Positions 17,971-26,204 of a stretch of 64,000 nucleotides of DNA are shown piece by piece (the first letter of the stretch is position 1; the number at the start of each line of letters is the position of its first letter). The stretch comes from a virus (lineage: Duplodnaviria > Caudoviricetes). The notes beneath the pieces are model-generated. The model did not search any database. It saw only the letters and a program-made list of their open reading frames with translations, and was not told the origin of the DNA. The stretch lies in the IMG/VR virus record IMGVR_UViG_3300027996_003878. The stretch is one strand, 5' to 3'. A program made the translations under genes and the position numbers.

Positions 17971-18092
17971 AAGGCCACTGCTCTATCCGGCTGAGCTACG
18001 AGGGCGTGATTTTTTTTGATTTCCTTCCTTTCAATTGCTCTCGACAAATCAAGATTTAAGAAAAAGACCTGTCTAAGTTATTAAATTTACTT

Positions 18093-18341
18093 CTAAACTT
18101 TATAATTAAATGGCGGTTGAACATTCGCCCACTTAAAAAAAGCATCCATCCAACATGTGTGTCCAGGCATTTTATCCCAAGTCACATTTACTTCTTTAAA
18201 TTCTTCCTTCGTTAGCACCTTTTCAATAAAGCCAAGCACTCCAGGACCAAAGCCATGCTCATCAGCAAAGTCTTCGCTCATCTTTTTTGCAGTTAAGATG
18301 ATTTCTTCAACCCTCTTGTTCTTTACAATCACCTGCATCAT
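18093..18341 (-). CDS. hypothetical protein
   Basis: 82-aa ORF overlapping the upstream stop. Confidence 0.65.
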   Translation of the reverse strand: MMQVIVKNKRVEEIILTAKKMSEDFADEHGFGPGVLGFIEKVLTKEEFKEVNVTWDKMPGHTCWMDAFFKWANVQPPFNYKV

Positions 18342-18583
18342 TCCTGCTCACTTTCTTCCTTGCGCAATTCAGACCAATCCGCCCACGCGCTCAAAAGCGG
18401 CTCTTCTTGCTCAATCGAATCAAAAGACCACATGTCAATAGAAATGCCGTCACCGTTTACGAGAATACCTACATCGCCAGACACTTTACCATCGGGGCTT
18501 GTTACTTTTATCCAAACTCGACCGCCCTCGCTCTCAGATAGCTTGTACTCGTAAGCAGAAACTTTTTCAATTTTACAGCTCAT
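18338..18583 (-). CDS. hypothetical protein
   Basis: True start MSCKIEK after GGAGG; promoter 18601-18628. Confidence 0.7.
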   Translation of the reverse strand: MSCKIEKVSAYEYKLSESEGGRVWIKVTSPDGKVSGDVGILVNGDGISIDMWSFDSIEQEEPLLSAWADWSELRKEESEQE

Positions 18584-18654
18584 TTTTCCTCCGTAATACC
18601 AACATAACCATACAAGTACAGATGTCAAGCTCTATAATGCATTGCTCTATAACT

Positions 18655-18864
18655 TTATTTTGAAATTGGCGCTTTTACGCAATGTCCTTTTTCGCATTTA
18701 AGATTAACTTTTGCGCAAACAATCCCGGCTCCAGGAATAAATTGATACGTTTTAAAGTGCCAGTCCTTCACCTCATTTGGAAATACACACACGTCCGCAG
18801 TTACCGCTTGTGACTTAGAACCCGCACACCCGCACACAAGTAGCGCTATAGCTATGCCCCTCAT
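18655..18864 (-). CDS. putative small lipoprotein
   Basis: MRGIAIALLVCGC signal with lipobox-like Cys. Confidence 0.65.
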   Translation of the reverse strand: MRGIAIALLVCGCAGSKSQAVTADVCVFPNEVKDWHFKTYQFIPGAGIVCAKVNLKCEKGHCVKAPISK

Positions 18865-18873
18865 AATAAACTC

Positions 18874-19068
18874 CTAAACTAGATAATTAGGTACTTTTTT
18901 CCAAAACTCACAAACAACTTGCTTTTTCTTTACATCCATCGACTTAGCAATCTCACTGTTTAAAAACAACTCCCATGCTTCTGATTGGTAATCAGCTCGA
19001 ATGTAAAACCCACCAACGTCACTTGCTTTTTGACTTCCGCTGATAATTGCAAACCTATATTCATTCAT
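18874..19068 (-). CDS. hypothetical protein
   Basis: 64-aa ORF. Confidence 0.6.
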   Translation of the reverse strand: MNEYRFAIISGSQKASDVGGFYIRADYQSEAWELFLNSEIAKSMDVKKKQVVCEFWKKVPNYLV

Positions 19069-19141
19069 AGTAAAACTCTTGTCTTTGATTAAAATGTTTA
19101 AGGGCGAGGGGGCGAGCTTAACCCGCCCCCAGGGTTATGCT

Positions 19142-19435
19142 CTAATCATCACCCCACTCTTCAATAACTTCATTGTGATTTTCGTCTAGCTCCATAACCA
19201 CATCCGGCCTCACAAACGTCTTGTTGTAGTCAATCTCGGGCTCATATTCAGGATCGATTGAAAGATTTCGCCCATCGCTTAGTCGAATGTTCAGAGTTCC
19301 CCATTTTACATAAAAACCCTCCACATCTTTCGCCCAAGAAAATTTATGATCTTCTTCGAGCTTTTGAACATCCCACTCAACATTCACACTGTACTTCGCG
19401 TTTAAAAACATCACTTGACGATTTTTCGCATTCAT
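19142..19435 (-). CDS. hypothetical protein
   Basis: 97-aa ORF followed by a GC-rich hairpin near 19107-19131. Confidence 0.7.
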   Translation of the reverse strand: MNAKNRQVMFLNAKYSVNVEWDVQKLEEDHKFSWAKDVEGFYVKWGTLNIRLSDGRNLSIDPEYEPEIDYNKTFVRPDVVMELDENHNEVIEEWGDD

Positions 19436-19445
19436 AATAAACCTC

Positions 19446-19745
19446 TTAACTTTGGGCGATTTTAACCAATTGATTAGAATGTTTGAGGGCGATCTTTCTA
19501 GCTCGCTCCAAATGATGTCCCGTCAAGTGCCGACCGCTTTCTACCCACTTAGCATAATAACCGCCCTTTCTCGCAGCCCAAGAGCAAAAGCCTTTGTTGT
19601 TGCTGTGGCGCGTCTGGTCGTCTCGCTGCTCATCCTCCGTCTGCAACTTGAACAGAGCAACCATAGCCCGCTCAACAGCTCGGGAGGATGTATGCAACAA
19701 AGTATCAATCTTGTCTCGGGTCCAGGTGGTTTCTGTCTTGTTCAT
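19446..19745 (-). CDS. hypothetical phage protein (leaderless start)
   Basis: ATG at promoter +1; QTEDEQ..., HSNNKGF motif. Confidence 0.8.
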   Translation of the reverse strand: MNKTETTWTRDKIDTLLHTSSRAVERAMVALFKLQTEDEQRDDQTRHSNNKGFCSWAARKGGYYAKWVESGRHLTGHHLERARKIALKHSNQLVKIAQS

Positions 19746-19795
19746 GATACTAATATAACCACCCAGACCCCTCCGTCAACCCCTTTGATTGGGAA

Positions 19796-20224
19796 TTATT
19801 CTTTTAGATTAACAAACATTTTCGCGCGCCCACAATGAACAAACATGCGAACTTCTTTTGCCTCATAAACTGGTTTAAGAAGATCTCTGGTAACAAAACT
19901 TTCAAATTTATAAGGATTGTACGTGACTTCTACCCAATCTTTATCTTTTAACAATTCCTCAAATGTTTTAAAAGTTGTTTCTGGGCCAACTTCATTCCAT
20001 TTAAAACGTTTCCCACGCACAAACGCATGAACGTTCTTTACTTTTTCTTTAAGTACTTTCTTCCTTCCAGCGGGTTGAACTGCGAACTTAACATCTCTTA
20101 AATTCACAACTCGCGAATGGTCCACAACTCGACCACGCTCAGGGCCAGACAAAGCACGAACCGAATAAGTATCTTTATGCAGATTCCAGTAAACTTCTAC
20201 GCGCGCACTCATGGCTAACTCCAT
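19796..20224 (-). CDS. conserved hypothetical phage protein
   Basis: VEVYWNLHK..YSV, KEKVKNVHAFV, VTYNPYK motifs. Confidence 0.8.
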   Translation of the reverse strand: MELAMSARVEVYWNLHKDTYSVRALSGPERGRVVDHSRVVNLRDVKFAVQPAGRKKVLKEKVKNVHAFVRGKRFKWNEVGPETTFKTFEELLKDKDWVEVTYNPYKFESFVTRDLLKPVYEAKEVRMFVHCGRAKMFVNLKE

Positions 20225-20640
20225 TCTATATGAGTAAAATCATTCTCTTTTGCCCAATCAACCAAATTAGACAACAAGTTAATCTTTTCAATCAAGTAGT
20301 TTTCATCAATTCCATGCTCAACCATACGCACAGGACGCATCTCAATCACACCATCTCGCATGCATGGCTTTCCATGAACAATTTTTTGCTTACGCACATG
20401 CTTGGATAGATGGTTCGTATTGTTTGATTTAATCTTTGCCCGGTTAATAAGAGCCATCATCTCAGAAAGACTCAACTCACCACAAAGATCTTCTGAATCA
20501 ATATCCAAGCTCGCAAGCACACGCCTACAGTTGGAATTTGCCAAGTTAAGCTCTTTCTCATCTGAAGAGCGAAAAATCTCCCAATCACGAACCTTACGGA
20601 CAACAACTTTTTTGTCAATTGCTTTAAACACAACGCTCAT
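20215..20640 (-). CDS. hypothetical protein
   Basis: 141-aa ORF in operon. Confidence 0.7.
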   Translation of the reverse strand: MSVVFKAIDKKVVVRKVRDWEIFRSSDEKELNLANSNCRRVLASLDIDSEDLCGELSLSEMMALINRAKIKSNNTNHLSKHVRKQKIVHGKPCMRDGVIEMRPVRMVEHGIDENYLIEKINLLSNLVDWAKENDFTHIEWS

Positions 20641-20652
20641 AACTATACCCCC

Positions 20653-20889
20653 TCACACATCATCGAATTCATCTTGAGCATCTAGAAACTCATACTCACG
20701 TGTGTATGACTCAGGCTTACACTCATTCTCCACAATTGAGTAATAACAACTACCATGAGCCCTATACTTCGCCTTGGATTGAACCGCCTCCGAAAAGCTA
20801 TCAATTGGACCATCAATTGCCTCAGCAGATTGAATCCCCCGAACCATGCCAAGAATAGCATCATCACGCTTCTTCATTATCCAATACAT
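20653..20889 (-). CDS. hypothetical protein
   Basis: Promoter 20908-20935; AAGGGG SD. Confidence 0.7.
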   Translation of the reverse strand: MYWIMKKRDDAILGMVRGIQSAEAIDGPIDSFSEAVQSKAKYRAHGSCYYSIVENECKPESYTREYEFLDAQDEFDDV

Positions 20890-20980
20890 TGCTGCCCCTT
20901 CAAAACTAATATAACCACTTTGGATAGTGAGTCAAGGTGCGTGCAGGCCTTTTTACCCACACGCACCCACATGTTCTCAA

Positions 20981-21694
20981 TTAAACAACTTCTACTCGCT
21001 CCAAACCACCCAGCTTAATGATAGGCTTTTGCTCATCCAACAAAGTCAAAGTAACGAACCGACTCACAGGCAGACGCTTACGCATCAACTTCTTCGCAAT
21101 TACTTTTGCGCTTGACTTGCTTGGAGGTACAGGACCGTTTTTTGCTGGAATAATAACTTTCTGGGAGATCATTAGTCCAGACAAGTAGATCGAACCAGGG
21201 ACAGGCGCCTTTCGATCTTCTGGATTGCACTCTCGGCATCCACAATCATCCGACAAGTCAGAGGTGCAAAGGTAAACTTTTGAACCACGAACAACTTTAT
21301 CGTCAACAATTAGTTGTTCAAAAACATGATCGTGAGTTGCCTTGTTTTCTCCGCGTGAACTCAACACCAAAGACTCACGCAATTCTTCTCGGGCAAGAAG
21401 AACATCCTCAACCCCAACAAGCTCACCTGTTTTTGAATCACGAAGATCACGCTCATGTGCTTCCGTAAGAATCTCCGAATTAGAAAGATTGTCCAGAACT
21501 TTGACGGACCTCTCACAAAGCGAGAGGTAAGAGAATCCGGTAATCATGATGATCTTGCTGCGATCATCTCCAAAGATCTTCTTGCTTTCTCCCCTTCCTC
21601 TTGGCTTTCCTTTCTTTGTGTATTCGACGCTTGTAAACACAGCGCCTTTGGCCTGATTCGAAATGTAATCTTCAAGTTTCATTAGATCGGGCAT
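20981..21694 (-). CDS. hypothetical protein
   Basis: 237 aa; AGGAAG SD; promoter 21743-21770. Confidence 0.75.
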   Translation of the reverse strand: MPDLMKLEDYISNQAKGAVFTSVEYTKKGKPRGRGESKKIFGDDRSKIIMITGFSYLSLCERSVKVLDNLSNSEILTEAHERDLRDSKTGELVGVEDVLLAREELRESLVLSSRGENKATHDHVFEQLIVDDKVVRGSKVYLCTSDLSDDCGCRECNPEDRKAPVPGSIYLSGLMISQKVIIPAKNGPVPPSKSSAKVIAKKLMRKRLPVSRFVTLTLLDEQKPIIKLGGLERVEVV

Positions 21695-21939
21695 GGTTGA
21701 CTTCCTTTCTTGTTATGACCGTTTGCTCCCGGTCACAATACTAATATAATCACTCAAGCCGACCTGTCAACCGATCCGTCAAAAAAAACCAAACCAATAC
21801 GCACGCATGTTTTTGATTGAGAAAAAAAACTCAGCCTTTGAACACTGGACAAGTCCTCACACGCGCGCATATTAAAACAGCCCTAAGAGCCCTCGGAGGT
21901 TTTCTTTGATTAACATCTTGTTCTTCTTTTTGTCAGGAC

Positions 21940-22200
21940 AAGTCCCGCAACCTTTCTCCTTTTTTTTCTTTGAAAGAAAGAAAGAAAGAAAGAAAGAAAG
22001 AACCTACCTTTTTCTCAAAGAAAAAGAATTCCTTTTTTCTTTGAAAAAAAGAAAGAACCTTCTACTCCTTTTTTTTCTTTGAAAAAAAAAGAAGGTATTG
22101 GAAAACTACGTTTTCCAACCTCGCCCTGACACACACATGTGCGTCAGCCCTTTTTGCTGATTAAAAAAAAGGCAAAAAAAATTAAACAAAAAAAAAGACA
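21940..22200 (+). repeat. low-complexity A/T tracts and (GAAA)n microsatellite with repeated TTTTTTCTTTGAAA units
   Basis: Seen directly in the sequence. Confidence 0.85.
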
Positions 22201-22237
22201 AAAAAAAAGCTCCCCGCCGTAGCGGGGAGCTTTTTTC
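22201..22237. terminator. bidirectional intrinsic terminator
   Basis: AAAAAAAAGCTCCCCGC-CGTA-GCGGGGAGCTTTTTT. Confidence 0.9.
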
Positions 22238-23323
22238 TTATTCGAGCATTGATTCGAGGATGTTGGAGCCAAGCTGCTCCGACTCGACGCCCGCCTCGGT
22301 TGCCTCGGGCACGCTCATGTACTCGCTCGTTCCATCGGCCAACATGACCTCGACCAGGTATTCCACTGTTTCGAGGTGCTGGGCTGCCTTGGCAGCCCGC
22401 GACCCATACATGGCCTCCAGCCGGGTCGTGCCTTTACGGGTGCCTCGCTCGCTGCCGTCCACGTGCCTGTCTAGCAGGAACGTGGCTGCATTCCAAAGCG
22501 TAGCAAGGTTCTGACCGTCCCCGATTCTATTGATCGGATTGGCCATGGCTTGCTCGAACTCAGTCACGCGCTTATGATATCGCGTGACCGCGTTTTTTGA
22601 AGCGTCCTCGCCAACTGGCGAGATGAACGTATCGAATGCCGTACGCGCTTGCGTCCACGTCAGGCGCTTGCTTGTCGTTTCGAGCAACGCTGCCATACTG
22701 CCGCCTTCAGCGACGATCTTGGGCAGCGCATCCTTAATCGCACGGACCTTGCCATCAAGCCCGCGAGTATGTTTGATCTTGGCCCATTCCGCGCCATCTT
22801 GGTCAAGCGCGGCTTTGAGCGTGTTTGCGCACACGACTCGGATCGACGTGCCGCCCATGCAAAGGCGCAGCGAGCCGTCGAAGCTATCGGCAATGGTTAG
22901 GTACTGATGTACCCCGCCGATCTCTCCAAGGGAAAAGACGGCAACCTGGCGCTTGCCGTCGTGCAAGCTGAACATGCCAGCCGGCTTGGCTCCGGCCAAG
23001 GTGGCAGCTATGCAAAGCTGCCGGAAGTCTTCAGGAAGGAGCGGGTTATACCGCGCCCCATTAAGACCCACCACAATGGGCGGGGCGGTGTCGTAAAGCG
23101 CAATTAGCGCTTTTTTGTCATCGGCTTGGATCTCCAAGCCGCCATCGGTCACAAAGACCGGCGTGTGAACTTCCAACGCGGTAGCTACCGCGTTGAGTCT
23201 TGTGCCATGGGTGAACATCTGCTCGCCTGTCTGGCACTCCTCGTCTGGAATTAGGGTTTCAGCGCCGTGCCACGTCCGGCCAGAAGATTCGACGAAAAAA
23301 CCACGATTGAAACATGCAGGCAT
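22238..23323 (-). CDS. DUF932 family protein (GC-rich gene)
   Basis: WHG, AGMFSLHDGKR, YLTIADSFDGS, TSIRVVCANTL, TLWNA motifs; start MPACF after GGAG SD; tandem promoters upstream. Confidence 0.85.
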   Translation of the reverse strand: MPACFNRGFFVESSGRTWHGAETLIPDEECQTGEQMFTHGTRLNAVATALEVHTPVFVTDGGLEIQADDKKALIALYDTAPPIVVGLNGARYNPLLPEDFRQLCIAATLAGAKPAGMFSLHDGKRQVAVFSLGEIGGVHQYLTIADSFDGSLRLCMGGTSIRVVCANTLKAALDQDGAEWAKIKHTRGLDGKVRAIKDALPKIVAEGGSMAALLETTSKRLTWTQARTAFDTFISPVGEDASKNAVTRYHKRVTEFEQAMANPINRIGDGQNLATLWNAATFLLDRHVDGSERGTRKGTTRLEAMYGSRAAKAAQHLETVEYLVEVMLADGTSEYMSVPEATEAGVESEQLGSNILESMLE

Positions 23324-23640
23324 AATTGACTTCTCCAATATTTTTTGGAATCGGACTGTCCGACTCACTACTAATGTAATCACGCTACTTGGAACGTCAA
23401 GGACTTTTGTTTAATCCTTGTTTTGTCTCGCCCCGTTCACATTGTTAATATAATCACGCTGCTCCCCTTGTCAATTATTCAAACGAAAAAAAGCCCGTTT
23501 TGCCGCTTTTTTCCAAAAAGCGCCGAAAACTGACAAAAAAGGAAAGAAAGCGCCAGATCCCGCGAGTTTCTGAGAAAAGCTCCCGGCAATATTGCGCGCC
23601 CGCTCCGCGTGGCCCCGGCAAAACCCCACTTATGGCTCAA

Positions 23641-24290
23641 AATAAGCCCAATATATCCAATAAGCCCAATATATCTAATATATCTAATATATCTAATATA
23701 TCTAATATCTCTAGCGTAGCTTTATATTAGCGTAGCTTTAGATTGACACATCTTTATATTGAGCAAGGTGGCTTTACTTTGATTTAATAAAAGGGGCGGG
23801 AGAATAAACAGGAGAGAATAAGCAAGGGAAATAAACAGGAGGGAGAGGTAAATAGCTAAATTGAATTGAGCGAAGCTTTATATTATTGAATTGAGCGTAG
23901 CGAAGCTTTACATTAGCGAAGCAGCTATTGAATTGGGGGCAAATAAAAAAAAGGCGGAAGAAAATATATTTACCTCTTTACCTCTTTAGCGTAGCGTAGC
24001 TTTATATTAGCGTAGCTTTATATTAGCAGAGAAAACCTGTCTTTACTTTAATCCTTTCCCTTACCTCTATCTTTACCTTAGAGAAGCTTTATGCTATCTT
24101 TTAATTTATAACCATGCAAAAACAAATAAAAAGAATAGATAAGTTTATATCTTCTTCTGTACCTAGAGGATTACATATACCTTTAGGACTTATATTGGGA
24201 TTTACATTAAGCTTTGTTTTACTTACTCTTATAAAAGCAGCTTTACATTAGCGAAGCTTTACATTAGCGAAGCAGCTATTGAATTGAATT
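23641..24290 (+). repeat. iteron-like repeat cluster
   Basis: AATAAGCCCAATATATC x2, AATATATCT tandem x4-5, 16-bp TAGCGWAGCTTTAYAT at 23712, 23728, 23868, 23898, 23992, 24008, 24249; inverted repeat AGAGGTAAATA/TATTTACCTCT. Confidence 0.85.
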
Positions 24291-24851
24291 ATACTTATTT
24301 GAGTTTCTTTTTATTTATATTTTGCGCCCGAAAAAAAGGGAGATATTTAAATATATGATTTCAGCTATTTATAATAAATTATCCCAATTTGACCCACTAT
24401 TTCCCATTATTTCCCACAAAGATCCACTTTAACTTTAATATTGGCAAAAAAAGGATAATAAAAAATTTAAAAATAATACTTATTGTCATTATTAAAAATA
24501 ACAGTGAAATGGGGATAAAAAGGGGAGCGCTTTATACTCCTTTAAAATAGCTCTGCATACTTATAGAATGGGGGCGCTTTTAAGGAAACAAATCCTCATC
24601 ATTCTCTAAGTCATTGTTTTCTGGTATTTGATCAATCTTATTCACCCAAGCATAAGAAAGAATGAAGCAAAAAAGAGTCATGATGGCAATTAGCAAAGAA
24701 GAGCTAACCCAGATTAAATCATTGTAAATAACTTGATTTTGTTGCAGCGGCATATCAAACTCGTGTCTTTTGCAGAATAAAATAATAAAGCGTGATGGCG
24801 GAAAATAAAACGAGGAATAACTTTATCACTTTGAATGTAAGCGGAGGCACA

Positions 24852-25049
24852 TCAATCCTTATGCTTATGATGGCTTGAATCAATGAAGGCTCCGGCTATC
24901 ATTAAAAGTCCGGCGAAAAGACTAAGGGTGGCGCTCATATAAGCTTTCTCATACAAATTAAGAGCCGTCTCAAGAACATGAATGGATCCATGTATTCCTA
25001 AAGCCCAACGAATAAATTTATGAAATAAATCTTTTCTCATTGCGTTCAT
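24852..25049 (-). CDS. small membrane protein
   Basis: Two hydrophobic segments. Confidence 0.65.
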   Translation of the reverse strand: MNAMRKDLFHKFIRWALGIHGSIHVLETALNLYEKAYMSATLSLFAGLLMIAGAFIDSSHHKHKD

Positions 25050-25279
25050 TTTGATTGGATTTCGATGCAGATATTTTTTTCTTTTAATTTGGATACAATG
25101 TAGTCAAAGTGTATTTTGGATTGTCCGATTTGCTCTGGAGAATAAGATCCAGGTTTATTCCAAATCTCTGATCTTTGTTTCATAATTTTTGGACAGATCT
25201 TGGGCGATGACTTTTCCCATCTGACCTCCACCCAAAACCAATACCTTCTTACCCATGGTTTTATTGTCTTACATGCCAA
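25046..25279 (-). CDS. hypothetical protein
   Basis: 77-aa ORF. Confidence 0.5.
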   Translation of the reverse strand: MACKTIKPWVRRYWFWVEVRWEKSSPKICPKIMKQRSEIWNKPGSYSPEQIGQSKIHFDYIVSKLKEKNICIEIQSK

Positions 25280-25354
25280 TTAATGATTGGACTGATAATG
25301 AAATAAATAAATTAACACATAAAAATAAAAACAATAAAAATAAAGCTTGCTTAT

Positions 25355-26128
25355 CTATATTTTCAAAACCAAACATCTTGCTGATCCGCCTGACTTTAAA
25401 AACTCAGAGGTATCGACTTCAATATGATTAATATTATTTACTTGTAGCACATTCTTTAATTCGCTGGATATTTTTGTGGAAATAATGTTGTTATTTATTT
25501 TAACACCATTGCAAGCAAATCTTTTGGCATCGTCTTCTGAAATGGGGATCATCTTAAAGGGCAGCTTTTTAATTTCATCTGAATCAAAGGCGCCCGGATA
25601 ATATAAGCATAATCCGTTTATTTCTAACATGCATGTATCAAGATGGTAAAATCGCTCATCCTGAAGTTTTAACGTGATGCATTTTAAATTAAGCAGTTCG
25701 GCTGTTCTCTCAACTGCTTTTTCATCACTTCGAAAACCCCAACCCGCGATAAGATGATCGTTCCAAATAAAACAATCGCCACCGCCCTCAAATGTTAAAT
25801 TTTTTGATAAGGTATGTGTGTTATAATTATTTTTTAAAAACCAATCTTTAAATTGATCATGCTCCGGCTGACGCTCTGGGTGCTTAAAATTTGATATTAC
25901 AACATGATTCTTGTGAGCAATTCCGGCGTTGGCTGCAAATACCATATCGGGAAGATCTTTGTGCTGATCTAAAAATAAAACCTGGACGCCAAGATCTTCA
26001 ATTGTAGACCTTAACTCTTTCCATTGATATTTTGCCAGCTCTAAATTAACTGGGTCATCCGTATTCATCCATGGATTTATTGAATAATTAACCGAAAAAT
26101 TTGTTGGGCGGCACATTAATATTTTCAT
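25355..26128 (-). CDS. amidinotransferase / dimethylarginine dimethylaminohydrolase family protein
   Basis: INPWM, LPDMVFAANAG, FEGGGD, FYHLDTC, EFLKSGGSARCL. Confidence 0.92.
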   Translation of the reverse strand: MKILMCRPTNFSVNYSINPWMNTDDPVNLELAKYQWKELRSTIEDLGVQVLFLDQHKDLPDMVFAANAGIAHKNHVVISNFKHPERQPEHDQFKDWFLKNNYNTHTLSKNLTFEGGGDCFIWNDHLIAGWGFRSDEKAVERTAELLNLKCITLKLQDERFYHLDTCMLEINGLCLYYPGAFDSDEIKKLPFKMIPISEDDAKRFACNGVKINNNIISTKISSELKNVLQVNNINHIEVDTSEFLKSGGSARCLVLKI

Positions 26129-26204
26129 ATAATTATTTATACCGAGAGGTATAAGTAATTTTTAAATATATTATATTTTTATAAATTGAAAATATTATTT
26201 ATTA

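Larger units (their letters stand above)
17261..18005 (-). tRNA. tRNA-Arg(UCU) split by group I intron at 34/35
   Basis: Exon1 18005-17971 ends GTGGCCTT; exon2 17302-17261 CTAAGCCG...GGTTCGAATCC...ACCA; spliced loop CT TCT AA. Confidence 0.88.
2744..23474 (-). promoter_or_regulatory. dispersed family of at least 21 sigma70-like early promoters TTGACN-N16-TATRTT-AGTANN
   Basis: Copies (-10 to -35 span): 2744-2771, 5911-5938, 7770-7797, 8103-8130, 8820-8847, 9297-9324, 10448-10475, 11636-11663, 12394-12421, 13614-13641, 14157-14184, 15005-15032, 15795-15822, 16410-16437, 16696-16724 (17-nt spacer), 18601-18628, 19752-19779, 20908-20935, 21743-21770, 23373-23400, 23447-23474; all minus strand. 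Confidence 0.92.

Noticed and set aside
22260-23414. Several plus-strand and alternate-frame ORFs over the DUF932 gene
   Set aside because: Shadow ORFs expected in GC-rich DNA opposite a well-supported gene.
2744-23474. Promoter repeats or the 23.6-24.3 kb repeats as a CRISPR array
   Set aside because: Spacing is irregular and gene-length, the conserved core is short, there are no unique spacers of constant length and no cas genes.
23500-23730. 76-aa ORF ending in NISNISNIS repeats
   Set aside because: Translation of the 9-bp tandem repeat in a low-complexity non-coding block; no SD and no family features.
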